From Chiloscyllium plagiosum (taxonomy: Eukaryota), in contig NC_057749.1 in the NCBI RefSeq assembly GCF_004010195.1, positions 9,435,492 through 9,499,491 of the forward strand: a DNA stretch of 64,000 nucleotides. The letters are read 5' to 3'. Of this stretch, positions 49,108-62,869 are shown one piece after another (the stretch's first letter is position 1; each line of letters begins with the position of its first letter). The notes below the pieces were generated by a model. The model had not been told where the DNA came from. It saw only the letters and a program-made list of their open reading frames with translations, and searched no databases. The translations under genes and the position numbers were made by a program.

Positions 49108-49790
49108 TTGTGGAGGTGCCAGTGTTAGACTAGGGTGGGCAAAGTCAGAAGTCACATGACACCAGGTTATAGTCCAACAGGTTTATTTGAAGTCACAAGC
49201 TTTTGGAGCGCTGCTCCTTCATCAGATGAAGTGGAGGGAAGCGCACAAGTGCAGAATATTTATGAAGGGATTATGGTCAGATAATTCCAGATCATTAAGA
49301 GATTTGAGAGATAAGTAGAAATGGTGTGAGTGGAGAGTCGACAGGCTGAATAACCAGTCTTTGCAGGTGATCAAAAGTGTCAGACAGTGTGAGTAAAGTG
49401 TCAACAGTTGAATAACAAGTGAACCATCATCTATGAATTGATTAATTAAGACAGAAGATAACTACAAAAGGTCAAAAATAAGATGGCACGAGAGACAAAC
49501 CAAATGGCTGGAATAACATGATAGGTGTCAATGTCCCATGATGAGGGTCTAACCCAAGTAATCCAAACTAATTAAGGTAGAGAGATGATAACAAGTTATC
49601 AAGGTGATGGTGTGACAACAGAATAGTAAGGAAGATTTTCCAAACACAAAACAGTATGATGGGGTTACATGTAGCGTGGCATGAACCCAACATCATGGTT
49701 GAGGCCATCCTCATGGGTATGGAACTTGGCAATCAGTTTCTGTTTGGCGATTCTGCATTGTATGTCTCGAAAGCTGTCTTGCTGTGAGAG
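49108..49790 (-). mobile_element. Penelope-like element 3' end (family B): GIY-YIG C-terminus, 3' UTR and terminus
   Basis: Minus strand RIAKQKLIAKFHTHEDGLNHDVGFMPRYM* (stop at 49665-49667); the terminus has CTGATGAaggagcagcgctccAAAAgctt (hammerhead with G12A). Confidence 0.85.
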
Positions 49791-51109
49791 GCATGGGCCA
49801 CCACAACAGCTGATAAAATGTGAGTTCAGCTAATCAAATATAAAGGTAATCTCAGCAATGGTGATCATGAAACTATCATTGATTATTGTAAAAAACCATC
49901 AGATTTACTCATGCTCTTTAGGGAAGAAAGCCTACTGCCCTAGCCTACATCTGACTCCATTCCCACAGCAATGTAGTTGACTCTTCAAATCGCACTGAAT
50001 TGGCCTTGCAAACCACTCACTGTCAGAGACACCTGTATCTCTGAGCAACAATGGTAGAAGCCTTATAACCAAGGAGACCATGGGAGAATAAACAGATGGA
50101 GTTGATTCTGGAAATAATGAATAAAGCTAACTCTCAATTCAAACTGAAGATCTAAACTTCTCACAGAGAAGAAAGCTTTCTTCCCATCACCATCCAGGTC
50201 AAATCCTAACTCTTAAACCTTAACCCTGTTCATATCTCGTCTTCTGAACTAAAATGACACATTGAAGCCATTGGAAAGTTTCCTACCAATTGCTCCACAT
50301 TCCTAAAGCTTGATTCAAATCATTGTCACATTGGTGAGACCACAAAAGTCCTTCACTTCGGGTCATCCTAAGCATGTAAGTGGTGCTATGTAAATGCCGG
50401 TCTTTACCTCTCTAGCCCAGTACGTCGATAACGTCTCCTTTGTCCCCTGAGATGGGGAATCAGGTGGAGACAGTGATCCATGTACATTGTAGCTGTGTGT
50501 AGCCACAATTTGTTGACATCCCTTCGCAATATATCCTTAATGGGTCATAAGCATCCATAATCCTGGAGAAGCTAGTTAAATACAAGCTAATATATCTGCT
50601 ATGAGTATTGTAACATAATCCCTGATATGTCTGCAGGTTATACTTCAGCATGAAAGGCTTCAATGGAACAGCTATTTATCTCTGTTCAGCTGGAGATGCT
50701 GCCTCTAGGATTGAAACATACAATGGATAGTTGTTAGTGAGTTATGAATCAAAAAAGATTTTTAAGTAAATTATCGATAAACTGTTGATTACTCTTATCA
50801 TCCTAGAGTGTTATTCAGGTGGGGGTCATAATAATATGGTAGTAATGTCCCTATCTCTGAGCTAAGAAGCCTGGGTTCAAGTCCTACTTGCTTCAGAGCT
50901 GTGCAATAACTTCTCTAAACAGGTTGATTATAAATATCTAAAAGGCCAATACGGAAAGAACTCTTGTGGTGGTGTGGTAGTGTCCGTACCTTGGAGCCAG
51001 AAGGCCTGGATTCAAGTCTCACCTAAGGCTGTAAATACGAGCAGATTTAGGCGATTCAGCCCATTGAGTTTGCTCCACCATTCGGTCATGGCTGATAGAG
51101 GTGTGTAAC

Positions 51110-51375
51110 AAAAGCAAAAATAGCTGAAGAAACTCAGCCGGTCTGGCAGCACCCGTGTGGACAAAGCAGAGTTAGCGTTGCCATATCAGTAACCCTTCTT
51201 CAGAACTGATAGCAGCCAGGAAACATTTGTATGTATGCGGAAGTGGGGGAGGTGAAGTGGGGAAAAGAGTGAGCAGATAGGTGGACATGAAGCCCAGAGA
51301 GAGAGAACAGTGCGACAAACAAGGGATGACTGATAGTAAACCAGGAACAGAGAAATGCTGATAATGGGGACCTTT
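51110..51375 (-). mobile_element. PLE 3' UTR and terminus (family C)
   Basis: Minus strand cagttCTGAAGAagggttac...aacgctaactctg preceded by a pyrimidine-rich UTR. Confidence 0.6.
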
Positions 51376-52274
51376 AGGTAGGTGTGTAATCTCATTTCTG
51401 AACAGATTGACTGGAAAATATCTAAAATGCTAATACAAATGTTTGAGTCACTTAATCTCATCTGTTGCTGCCATAATGTTATCGGTAGGACGTCCCCATT
51501 AATCAGCTGTGCACTTGTTCAATTTCAGGAGTAATGCATTCTTGCTGGGATTATGCTGTCCCCCTGGGCTCAGACTGGTTGGTCAGACAGCAGTTTGACA
51601 GCAGGCAAGACTTATGCCATTTTTAAACTTAACAAAAAAGCCAAACCAATGCTGGAAATACATGGCAGAGCCAATCAGCATTTACAAAGAGAAAGGAGAG
51701 GTGGTCGGATGATGGAAATGGAACCTATAGCAGGTCTGATATCAGATGGCCATGTGCTCAGTGGCTTGTGTACTTGCAGCATTAGCAGGATTTTCTTTTT
51801 GAGTCTTTCACTCTGACATAATTTCCTGGGCTGCTCAGTCATGTTTGATCTCTCCACCCTCTCGTTCGATCCCTAAATTTCACAGCCCTGGCAGGAAGCT
51901 TCAGGAGCAGTGAGTTCTTTGGTTTTCCTTCATTTTGGCTGGACTTCCAAAACTCAGACTTACCAGTAAAACCTGCTGTGCACCATGGTAACAGGGGTAG
52001 GCTGTTAGGCCCCTGAGTCAGTTCTGAAATGTAGCAACAAGATGTAGGCCATTCATCTCCTCAAGTCTGCTGAAGAAGATAAGAACAGGAGTAAGCCATT
52101 TAGTCCCTGGAGGAGTCTATAATGGAGCTCAGTAACTGGAGTAGGCCATTCAGCGTCTCAAGGTGCTCTGCCATTCAAATAGATCTCAGCTGTCAATGCC
52201 ATTTGCTCACCTTTGCTCCATATCATGTGCTGCTCCTGTCTAACATGGATACTGTACCAGCAGAGACTGTGTAG

Positions 52275-53110
52275 AACAAAGAACAAAGAATAGTACAGGA
52301 AGGAGCAGGCCCTTCGGCCTATCTAGTCTGTGCTCATACATGACGCCTTTCCAAACTAAATCTTTTTGCCTCTACACAGTCTGTATCTCTCTCTCTTCCC
52401 TGCCCATTCCTGTATCAGTCAAGATGCCTCTGAAACATTGGTATTGTACCTGCTTCTACCACCTCCTCTGGCAATGCATTCCTGGCATTTACCACCTTCT
52501 ATTAGAAAAACTTGCCTCTCCTTTAAACTTTACCCCCTTTACCTTAAACTCTCATCTCTTAGTAATTGACATTTGCACTGTGGGACAAAACCCTCCGGCT
52601 ATCCAGTCTTTCCATGTCTCTCATAATGTTGTAAACTTCTATCAGATCGCCCTTCAGACTCTGATGCTCAAGTGAAAACAAACCAAGTTTGTCCAATCTC
52701 TCCTCACACTTATTACAGTTCTGATCAGGCAGCTACCTGGTATATCTTTTCTGTACCCTCTCCAAAGCCTCTACATCCTTCTGTTAGTGTGGCGACAAGA
52801 ACTATACAGCTGCAACATGACTTGCCAATTTTTATACTCTATGCTCTGACCAATGAAGGCATGCAATGTCATCTTTTTGACCAGCTTGTCCACTTGTGTT
52901 GCCATGTTCAGTGAACTGTGGACCTCTGTACATGAAGACTTCTGAGGCTTCTGTCATTTACTGTATACCTCCCTCTTGCGTTAGATCTTCCAAAATGCAT
53001 CACCCCACATTTGGTCTGATTAAACTCCATCTGTCAATTCTCTGCCCAAGTCTCCAGCATATCTTTATCCTCTGGCAACGCTCCTCTCTATCCACAGCTC
53101 CCCCATTCTT
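52275..53110 (-). mobile_element. CR1 3' fragment
   Basis: Reverse complement of a CR1 subfamily similar to 56200-57207; (aaagaac)n tail. Confidence 0.8.
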
Positions 53111-54749
53111 AGGGCGTAAAAGATCTAACACTAACAGGGCGTTCATCCTGCCAAACTCACCAAAACTGGTCACTATCACATTACTGTTTGTGGGAGCTTG
53201 CTGTGTGCAAATTGGTTACCTTGTTGTCCAAGTATAGCAGTAACAATACTTCACATGTGCTTTATTGTTTCTAAAAAAATGTTGGATAGAAGTTGAGGTA
53301 GACATTATATAAGTGCAATTCTGTTATTCCTTCCTTTATTATGACCAGTGGTGTTCCGCAGGGATCAGTGCTGGGACCCCCGTTGTTTTTAAAACATATA
53401 AATGATTTGGAGGGGAATGTAGATGATCTGATTAGTAAGTTTGCAGGTGACACAAAGGTTTGTATGGTCTTGCTTACAATGAACTGCCTGTACTGCTCAC
53501 AAGCAAAGCTTTTCACTGTACTTAAGGTACACAAGACAACAAATTAAATCAAACATCCAGCTAGGAGAGAAGACAGGGCCTCCGTTTGGAGTCTCATTCC
53601 AAAGACAGGACCTCTATCAGTGCAGTGCTCCTGTAGGACTGTACAGGGAGTGTCAGCTTACATGGTGTGCTGAAGTTTCCGGAGTATGAGCTACAACTTT
53701 CTGACTCAGAAGTAATGGTGCTATCAAGTGAGCCATGGCTGACGATGTTCAATTTGTAACACCTTAAGAACAGAATTACCTGCCAATTGAACAACTCGTA
53801 GAGGCCTGATTGCTGTAATTTAGTCACTGGGTGGAATCACTTGGGATTCAATTGGTTATAAAGTAGGACTGGAAAAGTAGGAAACATGTTGGATACATTT
53901 TAAATTGTAAATTTCTTTCTGCAAGGTATAATTATTTATCAATGTTGAAAAAAATGGTAATGCATTGTTTCAAAGTGATTTCAAAATAGAAGGAGTGTTA
54001 AAGTATTTAAAAGTATTTCAAAGAGAAAGAAACCTTTTCTGACGTCAGGAGCAGCTCACCATTTATGATGTTCCAATGACCTGAAAGGTGCTACATAAAT
54101 GTACTATAATTCCCCGATCAGTTCTGAACCTAAAACCTGCTCTTCTTTCTACCTTGGACTTTCTGCAACAACATAGTTTTGTTCAAGCAGAGTCTTTTTC
54201 CTGCTCATTATCTCCTTGCCTTCTAACATCCCTACACTCATGGATTCCTCAGCTCTGAGGGTTCCACTGCCTATCCTTTCGGTACATTGCTACCTTCATG
54301 CACAATCTCTGCACTTCAACACCCAATCTCTTGGGGTGTCACGGTGACTGTTGGGGAATGTTATGCTTGGCCTATGGATTTTTGTGTCAATTTTAAAAAA
54401 AATTGATGCAGGTGACCATATTGTCCACGAATGTAATAGGCCTCTTGTAATGATCTTTCTGTAGCCTGTTTGAAAGATGTTGGATACTCAATACCAAACT
54501 GGTATGTCTTTTTGGAATGCTTCTGTTTTGGTTGGCAGTGTTGTTTTTTTTGTCTTTTTGCTTGGATTAGTTGATCAAACTATTCAATCCTCTTTGATGT
54601 TGTTCCTGTTGCCCCCTTCAGTTCCACTTTAAGAGAACCATAGTTGAGCTGTGTACTGTGTGACAATGCAGTCCTTCCTTTCTCTTCCCTATGGTGTTCA
54701 AACTATTTTATTTATCCTAGAGTAGAATATGTTCAATTCATGCAGACCA

Positions 54750-55440
54750 TGAACAGGGAACAGGAGTAGGCCACTCAGCTGTTCGAATCTGCTCTACCAT
54801 TTAGTAAGATCATGGTTGATATGATTTTAATCCCAACTCTACATTCTTGCTTATTCCTGATGATCTTTCATACCTCTGTACCTCTGCCTTCAAAATCTTT
54901 AAATATTCTGCAATTATTGCCTTCCAAGGAAATGAATTCCAAAGACTCTGAGAGGATAAAAAATGGTTCCTCAGCTTTGTTTTAAATAGGTGGCATGGTG
55001 CCTGAGTGGCTACCTCACTGTCCCAGGGACCTGGGTTCAATTCCAGCCTCGGGCAATTGTCTGTGTGGAGTTTGCACATTCTCCCTCTGTCTGCGTGGGT
55101 TTCCTCCCACAGTGCAAAGATGTGCAGGTTAGGTGAATTGGTGATGATAATTTGCCCACAGTTTTCAGGGATGTGTAGGTGAGGGGTTAAGGTAGGAGAA
55201 TGCATCTGGGAGGGTTGGTGTGGACTTGTCCAGCCAAATAGCCTGTTTCCACAGTAGGGATTCTATGGTAGACACCCTTTATTTTTGAACGATAGACCCT
55301 AGCGCTAGATTCTCCCGCAAGAGGAAACATCCTTTACACATCCACCTGGTCAGGTCCCTTCAGGATCTTCTATGTTTCAATTATATCATCCTTGACCCTT
55401 CTGAACTCCAGAGCTTACAGGCCTAGCCTGTGTAACCTTT
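54750..55440 (-). mobile_element. CR1 3' fragment interrupted by a + strand HE1 SINE (about 54990-55268)
   Basis: CR1 3' UTR and C-terminus on both sides of an HE1 copy. Confidence 0.75.
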
Positions 55441-56199
55441 CCTGTCGAGAGTGTGGTTCTGGAAACGCACAGCAGGTCAGGCAGGATCCAAGGAGCACGA
55501 GAGTCAGTGTTTCAGGCAAAAGGTCAAGAACGAGGGACTTCATAGGAATAGCTAAAGAAGCAATGGTAACATGAAAAATAATTTTTATATCGAATCTGAT
55601 ACCAATCAGGATTCAATCATGACTTTAAAAAGGAAATTGGATAAAGGGAATTGGATAACCAGTTGAAGAAGGAGAATCTGTGGGACTGCAAGGAAAGTCT
55701 GAGGATTGAACACAACTGATGCAGAGAGCTTGCATTGACAAGATGGACTGAATGGTCTCCTTTTATACTGTAACATTCTATTATTAATGATTCACTCTTA
55801 CCCACTTCGAGAAACCCTCCCTTTTCTCCACCACCTGGTCAAATTTATTTTTGTTCAGTCCCTTTTAGTAACATTTGCATTTTGACAGCAATTGTTATGT
55901 TAATGAAACCCTCATAGATGCACACATGGCTGGTTGTGGCTGTGGGCAGGTAGAGCTGAGATGTTACATGAATGATGAAGTAGGTTGAGGTGAGACTGCT
56001 GAATGTTATATAAATCCTGAATTAGTTTAAACCCAATCTGAAAAAAGTTGGTCTGAACAGTGTCAGATGTCACATGACACAGGTTATAGTCCAGCAAGTT
56101 TATTAGAAATCAGAAGCTTTTGAACCACTGCTTCCTCATCACCTGAATAGTGTGACACTTGAAGTTAAAGCTTGGATTAATTTATAACTATGATGTTGT

Positions 56200-57207
56200 T
56201 TTTATGACTGGAGATCTGTGACCAGTAGTATTCTGCGGGGATCAGTGCTGGGACCCTGTTGTTTGTAATATGTATAAATGGTCTGAAGAGGAACGTAGTT
56301 AGCCTGATCAGTAAGTTTGCAGATTACAGAAAGAATGGGAGAGCTATAGATAGCGAAGTGTTTGCCAGAGGATACGTCAGGATATAGATAAGTTGGAGAC
56401 TTGGATGGAGAAATGACAGATGGAATTTAATCTGGACAAATGTGAAGTGTTGCATTTTGGAAGATTTAATGCGGGGATAAGTATACAGTAAATGACAGAA
56501 TCTCTTAGTAGCATCAACATTCAGAGGAGTCCAGGTGTACAGGTCCATAATGCCCTGAAAGTGGCAACACAAGTGGTTAAGGTAGTCAAGAAGGCATATA
56601 GCATGCTTGCCTTCATTGGTTGGTGCATAGAGTATAAATAATGGCAAGTTATGCTGCAGCTGTGTATAACTTCAGTTAGGTAACATTTGGAATATTGTGT
56701 ACAATTCTGAACGCCACACAACCAGAACATGTGGAGGCTTTGGAGAGGGTACAGAAAAGGTTTACCAGGATGTTGCCTGGTTTGGAAGGTATTAGCTATG
56801 AGGAGAGGTTGGACAAATTTGTTTTGTTTTCACTTGAACGTCGAAGGATGAGGGGAGACCTGATGAGAGTTTGCAAAATTATGTGAGGCATGTATAGAAT
56901 GGATGGTCAGTGTCTTTTTCCCAGAGCAGAAATGTCAACTACTGAATGACATAGATTTAAAAAAAGGTAAATTTAAAGATGTGAGAGGCAAGATTTTTAC
57001 ATAGAGGATGGCAAGTTCCTTGAATGTGGTGGAGGTAGATACAGTAGCAACATTTAAGAGTCATGATGATAGACATATGAATAGGTAGGAAATAGAAGGA
57101 TATGGACCGTATAGAGGCAAAAGGTTTTTAGTTTAGAAACGCATCATTTGTTGGTGCAGTCTTGGTGGGCCGTAGGGCCTGTTGCTGTGCTATACTATTC
57201 TTTGTTC
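56200..57207 (+). mobile_element. CR1 RT 3' half and UTR
   Basis: GSVLGP, SKFAD, ALERVQKRFTRMLPGLEGISYEERLDK. Confidence 0.9.
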
Positions 57208-57229
57208 TATCTGTAGATTGATAGGTTTG

Positions 57230-57610
57230 TCTTCTGAGAAAGGTTGAGCAGGTTGGACCTATACTCATTGGAGTTTAGAAGAATGAGAGGTAGCCCAAGG
57301 GAAACACACAAAATTCTGAGGTTGCTTGACAGGGTGGGGATACTCAAATAACTTTTCCACTTGTGGCAGAATCTAGAACTAGGGAACACAGTTTAAAATA
57401 AGGAGTTTCCCATTTAAGATGGTGATGAAGAGGAATTTATTTCCTCAGGAATTCACTTCCCCAGAAAGGAGTGGGTCATTGAATAGATGTGTTAACATAA
57501 TTTTGATTGGACAGGCGAGAAAGTGAAGCTGAAGCTCCAGTCAGATCATGCATCATTATATTAAATAGTTGAGGCAGGTGCACTGGCTGTTTGGCTGCCT
57601 TCATCTATTT
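57230..57610 (+). mobile_element. CR1 3' fragment (older)
   Basis: LYSLEFRRMRG and degenerate UTR. Confidence 0.65.
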
Positions 57611-58609
57611 CTTATTAATCAGCAGTTAATACTGATCATTTACAATTGCCAACCAGTTTGAAAGAAATTTATCTCAGTCACTGACCAATATGTGGAAAGA
57701 AATGTGTGGTTGAGCAGTAAAATTAAAGATCCCTTCTTTTATCTTACTACTGTTGCAGCAAGAATGAAATATGGTGTTTAGTGTTAGTTCTAGGAATTCA
57801 ATTCTTCCTTCTCTACAAGTTTGCATTTTGGCTTGGCACCAAACCTGCTTAAAAGACAATCTCTATTACTTTGAAAGTTTGCAAAGTTGGTTTTGAAACT
57901 AAGCCATGCAGATATTCACGGATTTGATCCCTGCTCTGTGCCTGTGTTAGCTGATCTGAGCCTCAGCTGGAGTGTAGGTTTTGTGGTTGGCCTTCCAAAC
58001 AGTCAGAGGCAAGTGAAAAGTCATCGGGGCTCCAGCTTCCACTTGCTGGGCAGTGACCCCTACTGGTGTGTGCTTGCGGTGCAGGTGAAAACTGAAGGGA
58101 GCTTTCACCTGAGATTTGTAGATGTGTTTGTCAGACAGGTGCACAAACCTGTAAAGTTTTCTGTAGTGTGTAGGCTTACATGTATGACGCAGGGTTATGG
58201 TTCACTCTAGGGGAATCATACTTTGATTGAGTTGCTAAATTGAGGTCTCATCTAGATTTGGTTTAGACAGATGATACTATTTTAAGGAGAGCAGGGTGTC
58301 CTACTCAACACTCCTTTTCTCAAACAACTCCACCAAAAGCAAATCTACTAACTGTTTATTTCACACGATTGTTAGAGTACAGAAGAAGCTCATCATGCCT
58401 GCATTGTTTCTGCTTGAACAATTTGCTTTGTGCCATTCTCCCAACTTCTCCATATTGTTTGTTTTCAGCTGATGGTCTAACTAGTTCTCAGTGTTCCAAA
58501 TAATCTGCCTCCACCATGCTCTTAGACAGTGCATCCCCAACCTTAACCACTCTGGGTGGGTTTTTTCTCATGTCACTTTTGGATCTTTCACACTTACTTC
58601 AAGGCTGTT

Positions 58610-59070
58610 CCGTATCATAAGGACATAGGAAATAGGAACAGGAGTAGGCCATCTGGCTCTTCGAGCCTGCTCTGCCATTCTTTTTGTGGTCCCATCCCCA
58701 CTTACCTGCCCTTCACTGTAACTCTTAACTCCTTTACTGTTCAAAAATCTATCCTTGCTTAAAAAAATTAAACAAGCTAGCCTCAACTAGCGGGGAATTT
58801 CACAGATTCACAACCTTTTGGGTGAACAAGCTCCTCCTCAACTCAGGCTTAATCTGCTTCCCCTTATTTTCACGCTATGCTCTCTAGCTCCAGTTTCACA
58901 CACCAGTGGAAACAACCTCCCTGCTTCTATTTTATCTATTCCCTTCATAATTTTATATGTTTTTATAAAATTCCTCCATATTCTTCTAAATTCCAAAGAG
59001 TATAATTCCAGTCTATTAAATTTCTCCTCATAAGCCAGTCCTCTTATTTCCGGAATCAACATAGTTGATT
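58610..59070 (-). mobile_element. CR1 3' fragment
   Basis: ORF 58838-59128: LAYEEKFNRLELYSLEFRRI...SVKIRG. Confidence 0.85.
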
Positions 59071-59399
59071 TGCGATCATTCTTGATCCTTGTGAGCGGAA
59101 TTGCTTTCTCCCAACCTACTCTGTCCAAGTTTCTCTTGGTTTTGACTACCTCAGTCTAATCTCCTCAAAACCTTTCTTTCGCCAAGGAATGCGGTCCTAT
59201 TTTCCTGAGTCTGTCTTCATAACTGATGTTCTTCATTCCTTGCCCCATTCGTGTGAATTTTCTCTGCATTGTGTTTGTGGACTGTTTAATTCCGGAATGT
59301 GTGCTCCCTTGGCCGATGTATTAATAGATAAGGACTCCATGGAGCAGACCTTGTGAAGCACTTTAAGATTTTTAAAAGTTGTTTTTCTTTTCCTCCATC

Positions 59400-60030
59400 C
59401 AGGAGTTAGTGCCTTCCCACTACTCAAATCACCATGTTTTTTTTGTAAACTTGCAACCACCACCAGTAAAAACACCCATTTATCCAATTGAGTATGTACA
59501 AGCAAAACCCATAACTGGCAATTCAAGCCACCAAATGTGAAGGGGGTGAGGTAAGGAGAGCGAGACAAGACGAAATCAAAATGGAGTTGGAGGAGGAAAT
59601 AAAGCATTGTATCTCCCGTGGTGCCCACCTCTCTCTAAAGGCATCAAGAGCATTGATGGACACCGGATGCTCCTTCCCCAAGGATACCCAGTCATGAATA
59701 TAACCGTGGAAGAAGGGCAGACAGTTGGCAGAGACAACCCCTTCCATGGCTCGCTGCCTGGACCTGTTTATAGCCAGCCCGGCCATGCCCACAAGGAGTA
59801 GCGCCTCTGATCTGCCCACAGCCCCCCAGCACACGCTGCCCAAAGATCAAGAACATAGGGCTGAAGTGCAACCAAAAACTGGTCAAATAACTGGTTAAAT
59901 AAGGGAGTGCAAATGGCCGCAACAAATGTGGTCCATGGACTCCACAGCGCCGCAAAATGAACAGTTGGGCTGGGAGTCTGTGAACTGCCACAATCTACTA
60001 TTGTGTGGGATTGCTGAGTGCAACACTCTC
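59400..60030 (-). mobile_element. L1/Tx1-clade LINE C-terminus and 3' UTR
   Basis: Minus strand CSFCGAVESMDH.C (CCHC finger), then LLVGMAGLAINRSRQRAMEG...FRERWAP.EIQC. Confidence 0.75.
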
Positions 60031-60622
60031 CACCTTCAGATCCCTGAAGACTCCCATGTACTTTGAGATGTTTATTTTTAATTTTCCCCCGAACCAACCT
60101 GCTTAGACATTACACATCTCTGGAGCAGGTGGGACTTAAACCTGGGATTTCCAGTCGGGAGGACTTCTTTCAGTTATTAAGTTCATGAGATGCAGGTGTC
60201 ACTGACAATTTCAGCACTTACTGCCTATCCCTCACTGAGAAGGCAGTACTGAGCAGATCTGTGGCCCTGTAACCCTCTTGCTTGAATCAAACAAAATCTG
60301 TGTTCAAGTCCCACATTTGAGCCCAAAAATCAAACAGACAATCTAGTGCAGTATTGAGGATGTGTGCACTACCTATTGGAGGAGGTGTTCGAGCAAGATC
60401 TCAACTATGTGCTTGGTGCGTGTACAGGATCACCATTTGAAGATGAGCCGGGGGGAGTTATGCCTGGAGTTCTGGCCAGTGCTTACCTTTTAATTGCCAT
60501 CTCTAAAAGCAAATGGCGTGGCTGTCTTGTGGTGCAGTGGTACTACCCCTATCCCTTGACCAAGGTTCAAGTTCTACCTTCCCCAGAAGTGTGCAACAAC
60601 ATCTCTGAACAGGTTGATTAGT

Positions 60623-60745
60623 GAAACAGAAAAGAACCATAGATGCTGGAAGAAGGGTCACTGAACATGAAACGTTAACTCTGATTTCTCTCCACAGATG
60701 CTGCCAGACCTGCTGTGTTTTTCCAGCAATTTCTGTTTTTGTTCA
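60623..60745 (+). mobile_element. PLE-terminus mini-insertion (family C) with 8-bp TSD
   Basis: tgattagt at 60615-60622 and 60746-60753; gaagaagggtcactgaacatGAAACGTTaact. Confidence 0.65.
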
Positions 60746-60767
60746 TGATTAGTTAACTAGTCTGTTT

Positions 60768-61414
60768 TGTGACAATACTAAGCCTTTAAAAGGTGTATTT
60801 GTTCCTTTTTTTTTTGAAGAGAGGTTTTCAGTAAGCGATACCGAGCTGTCTATTACAAGCCCATAAAGTAAACCGCTTGAGAGACCTTGGCTTTTTAAAA
60901 AATGTTGGAACAATAGAAGCAGACTGAATGGGTGGGGCAAACTCCTCCCGAACCAGGGTTTTTAGTTTTTCATTTTTCAGGAGCAAATGCTCGGTTTTTA
61001 AACTTGTTTTGGAAGCTGCAGTACATCTCTTTCTGGTATTGTCTCCAAGTTTTGATGTTTTTTCCTCTTGGACTGGAGAAATACCTGTGAGACAATCTAT
61101 TTTACTGAACTTGCCTTTTTCCCAGGGTGTGTTGTTGGGATGTTACTGTATTAGAACAGTTAATTAGTAGTCATGAATATATCTAATTATTTTGTTAAGA
61201 ATTTTGATAGAGTTACAGTTAAGCTAGTTCTTTTTATTTTATCTGTTTTTAACGGCAGTGTAAAAATGAAGTGTGTTTTGCTGAAGTTTGAGTAGGTTGA
61301 CCAATCGAATACATTTGGAACACAACACCTTACACTTACCTTTAAATAAGAAAAGGTTAGGGTCTCGACTATCTCCTAAATATATTTTTAGGGGGTTTGG
61401 TCGGAGACTTAACA
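60768..61414 (+). mobile_element. Solo LTR (Gypsy/ERV-like)
   Basis: Begins TGTGAC, ends TAACA; flanks gttt/attt (3 of 4 match); no internal ORF. Confidence 0.55.
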
Positions 61415-61418
61415 ATTT

Positions 61419-61629
61419 CAGAAGTCAGACAACACCAGGTTATAATCCAACAGGTTTATTTGAAATCACAAGCTTTCATAGCGCTGCTCCTTTGTTAGGT
61501 GAAGTCTGATGAAGGGGCAATGCTCCGAAAGCTTGTGATTTCAAATAAACTTGTTGAACTATAATCAGGCTTCATCTGACTTCTGACCTTGTCCACCCTG
61601 GTCAAATACCGGCACCTCCACATCATGCA
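61419..61629. mobile_element. Palindromic PLE-terminus insertion (family B) with 9-bp TSD
   Basis: taacaattt at 61410-61418 and 61630-61638; arms cagaagtcaga...aagctttc / gaaagctt...tctgacttctg; + strand core CTGATGA a ggggc-aat-gctcc GAAA GCTT at 61506-61534. Confidence 0.85.
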
Positions 61630-62869
61630 TAACAATTTGTTTTGTTGACTTCCAAAGAGTACAAAGGGGGATGGGTTTGCTCTGAGCAGAGCTGACTTAT
61701 TTTCTGCTATTAACCCCGACTATTAACACTAACTCTACATCTGTATCTCTCTGTTACACCCACAAGCACACCATTTGCCTCTTACACTAGGCATACTTAC
61801 CATCTGCTCTATTTTCTCCTTCTTCCCATTTACAATAAGAAACAGCACTTTCCAGCCCTCTTCAATTCCAAAGATGAGTCCTCCCAGACAAGAAATGTTA
61901 ACTCTTTGCACAGACATTGCCAGAAGTGCTGAGCTATTCCAGCACTGTTTTTAAAAGAAGACATTTATATGGGCTGTCAAAAAAATACAAACAGGGTCTA
62001 GTGGGAGACAATGGTATGTTTAATGGCTGAGTTTACAAAATGTAAAAAGGGTTTTCTGAGACAGTAGGTTCTTGGTAGGTATGAGGCAGATACATGTTAC
62101 ATTGCATTCTGGGAATAAACCTATCAAGAGAAGGATCTCAGTCTACTTTCATACTTTACTGTCTGGCTCAGATCCATTAAACAAGTTTGACACTGGAGCA
62201 GAACCTTTCTCTTTAAGTTGCACCAGGCATTCTTCAGCATCTGCCTGAACCCGTCAACACAACTTGGGTCCAGTGGCTTATCATTAATCTCTAAGTCCCA
62301 CATTCGCATGCCCAGTTTAGTCTCTGAGTTTAATTCTGTCACATTGAGAGTCAGAGGGCAACTTGAGTTATAGCTGAGTACCACTGACTATATATAGAAA
62401 TCAGTGCCTGTTGGTTTTTTTTGTGCGCGTTGATTACAGATTTAAAAAAAGCCATCTTTAGCCATGCATTTAAAGGAAGTTTCAATGATGATTTGGGCTT
62501 TGCATGTGCTTGTTGTGCTTATCAGTTTAAATTCCTGTAGCAACTGATGGAGGATAACAGTACAGTTGACACGCCAAGAGATTGTCTCTCTGGGACTGTA
62601 GACACCCTCCATTTACCAGCACTTTTCTTCAATGCCCTACTGAAGATGTAGCGTTATCCCAACGGGATTCCGTAGCAGGAGTGCCCTATGTGCATTTCTC
62701 CTCAGGCAATCTAACCCTTGATATATATTTAGCTTGAAATGAATATGATGAAGAATTTGTGTGTGTTCCTTCACTGCCGGCCACAAAGACAAACACCATT
62801 GACAATAAGTCAAAATGCACTAAAAGTTGGGGTACCAACTCTTCCTGATCCTATGCGCAAGCTGTGTTT

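Noticed and set aside
54039..54048. Palindromic CRE ctgacgtcag
   Set aside because: Single 8-mer in AT-rich context; about one is expected by chance in a window this size.
62540..62735. Possible + strand exon after ttcctgtag or gactgtag
   Set aside because: The phase-1 frame stops early, there is no good GT donor, and no peptide is recognisable.
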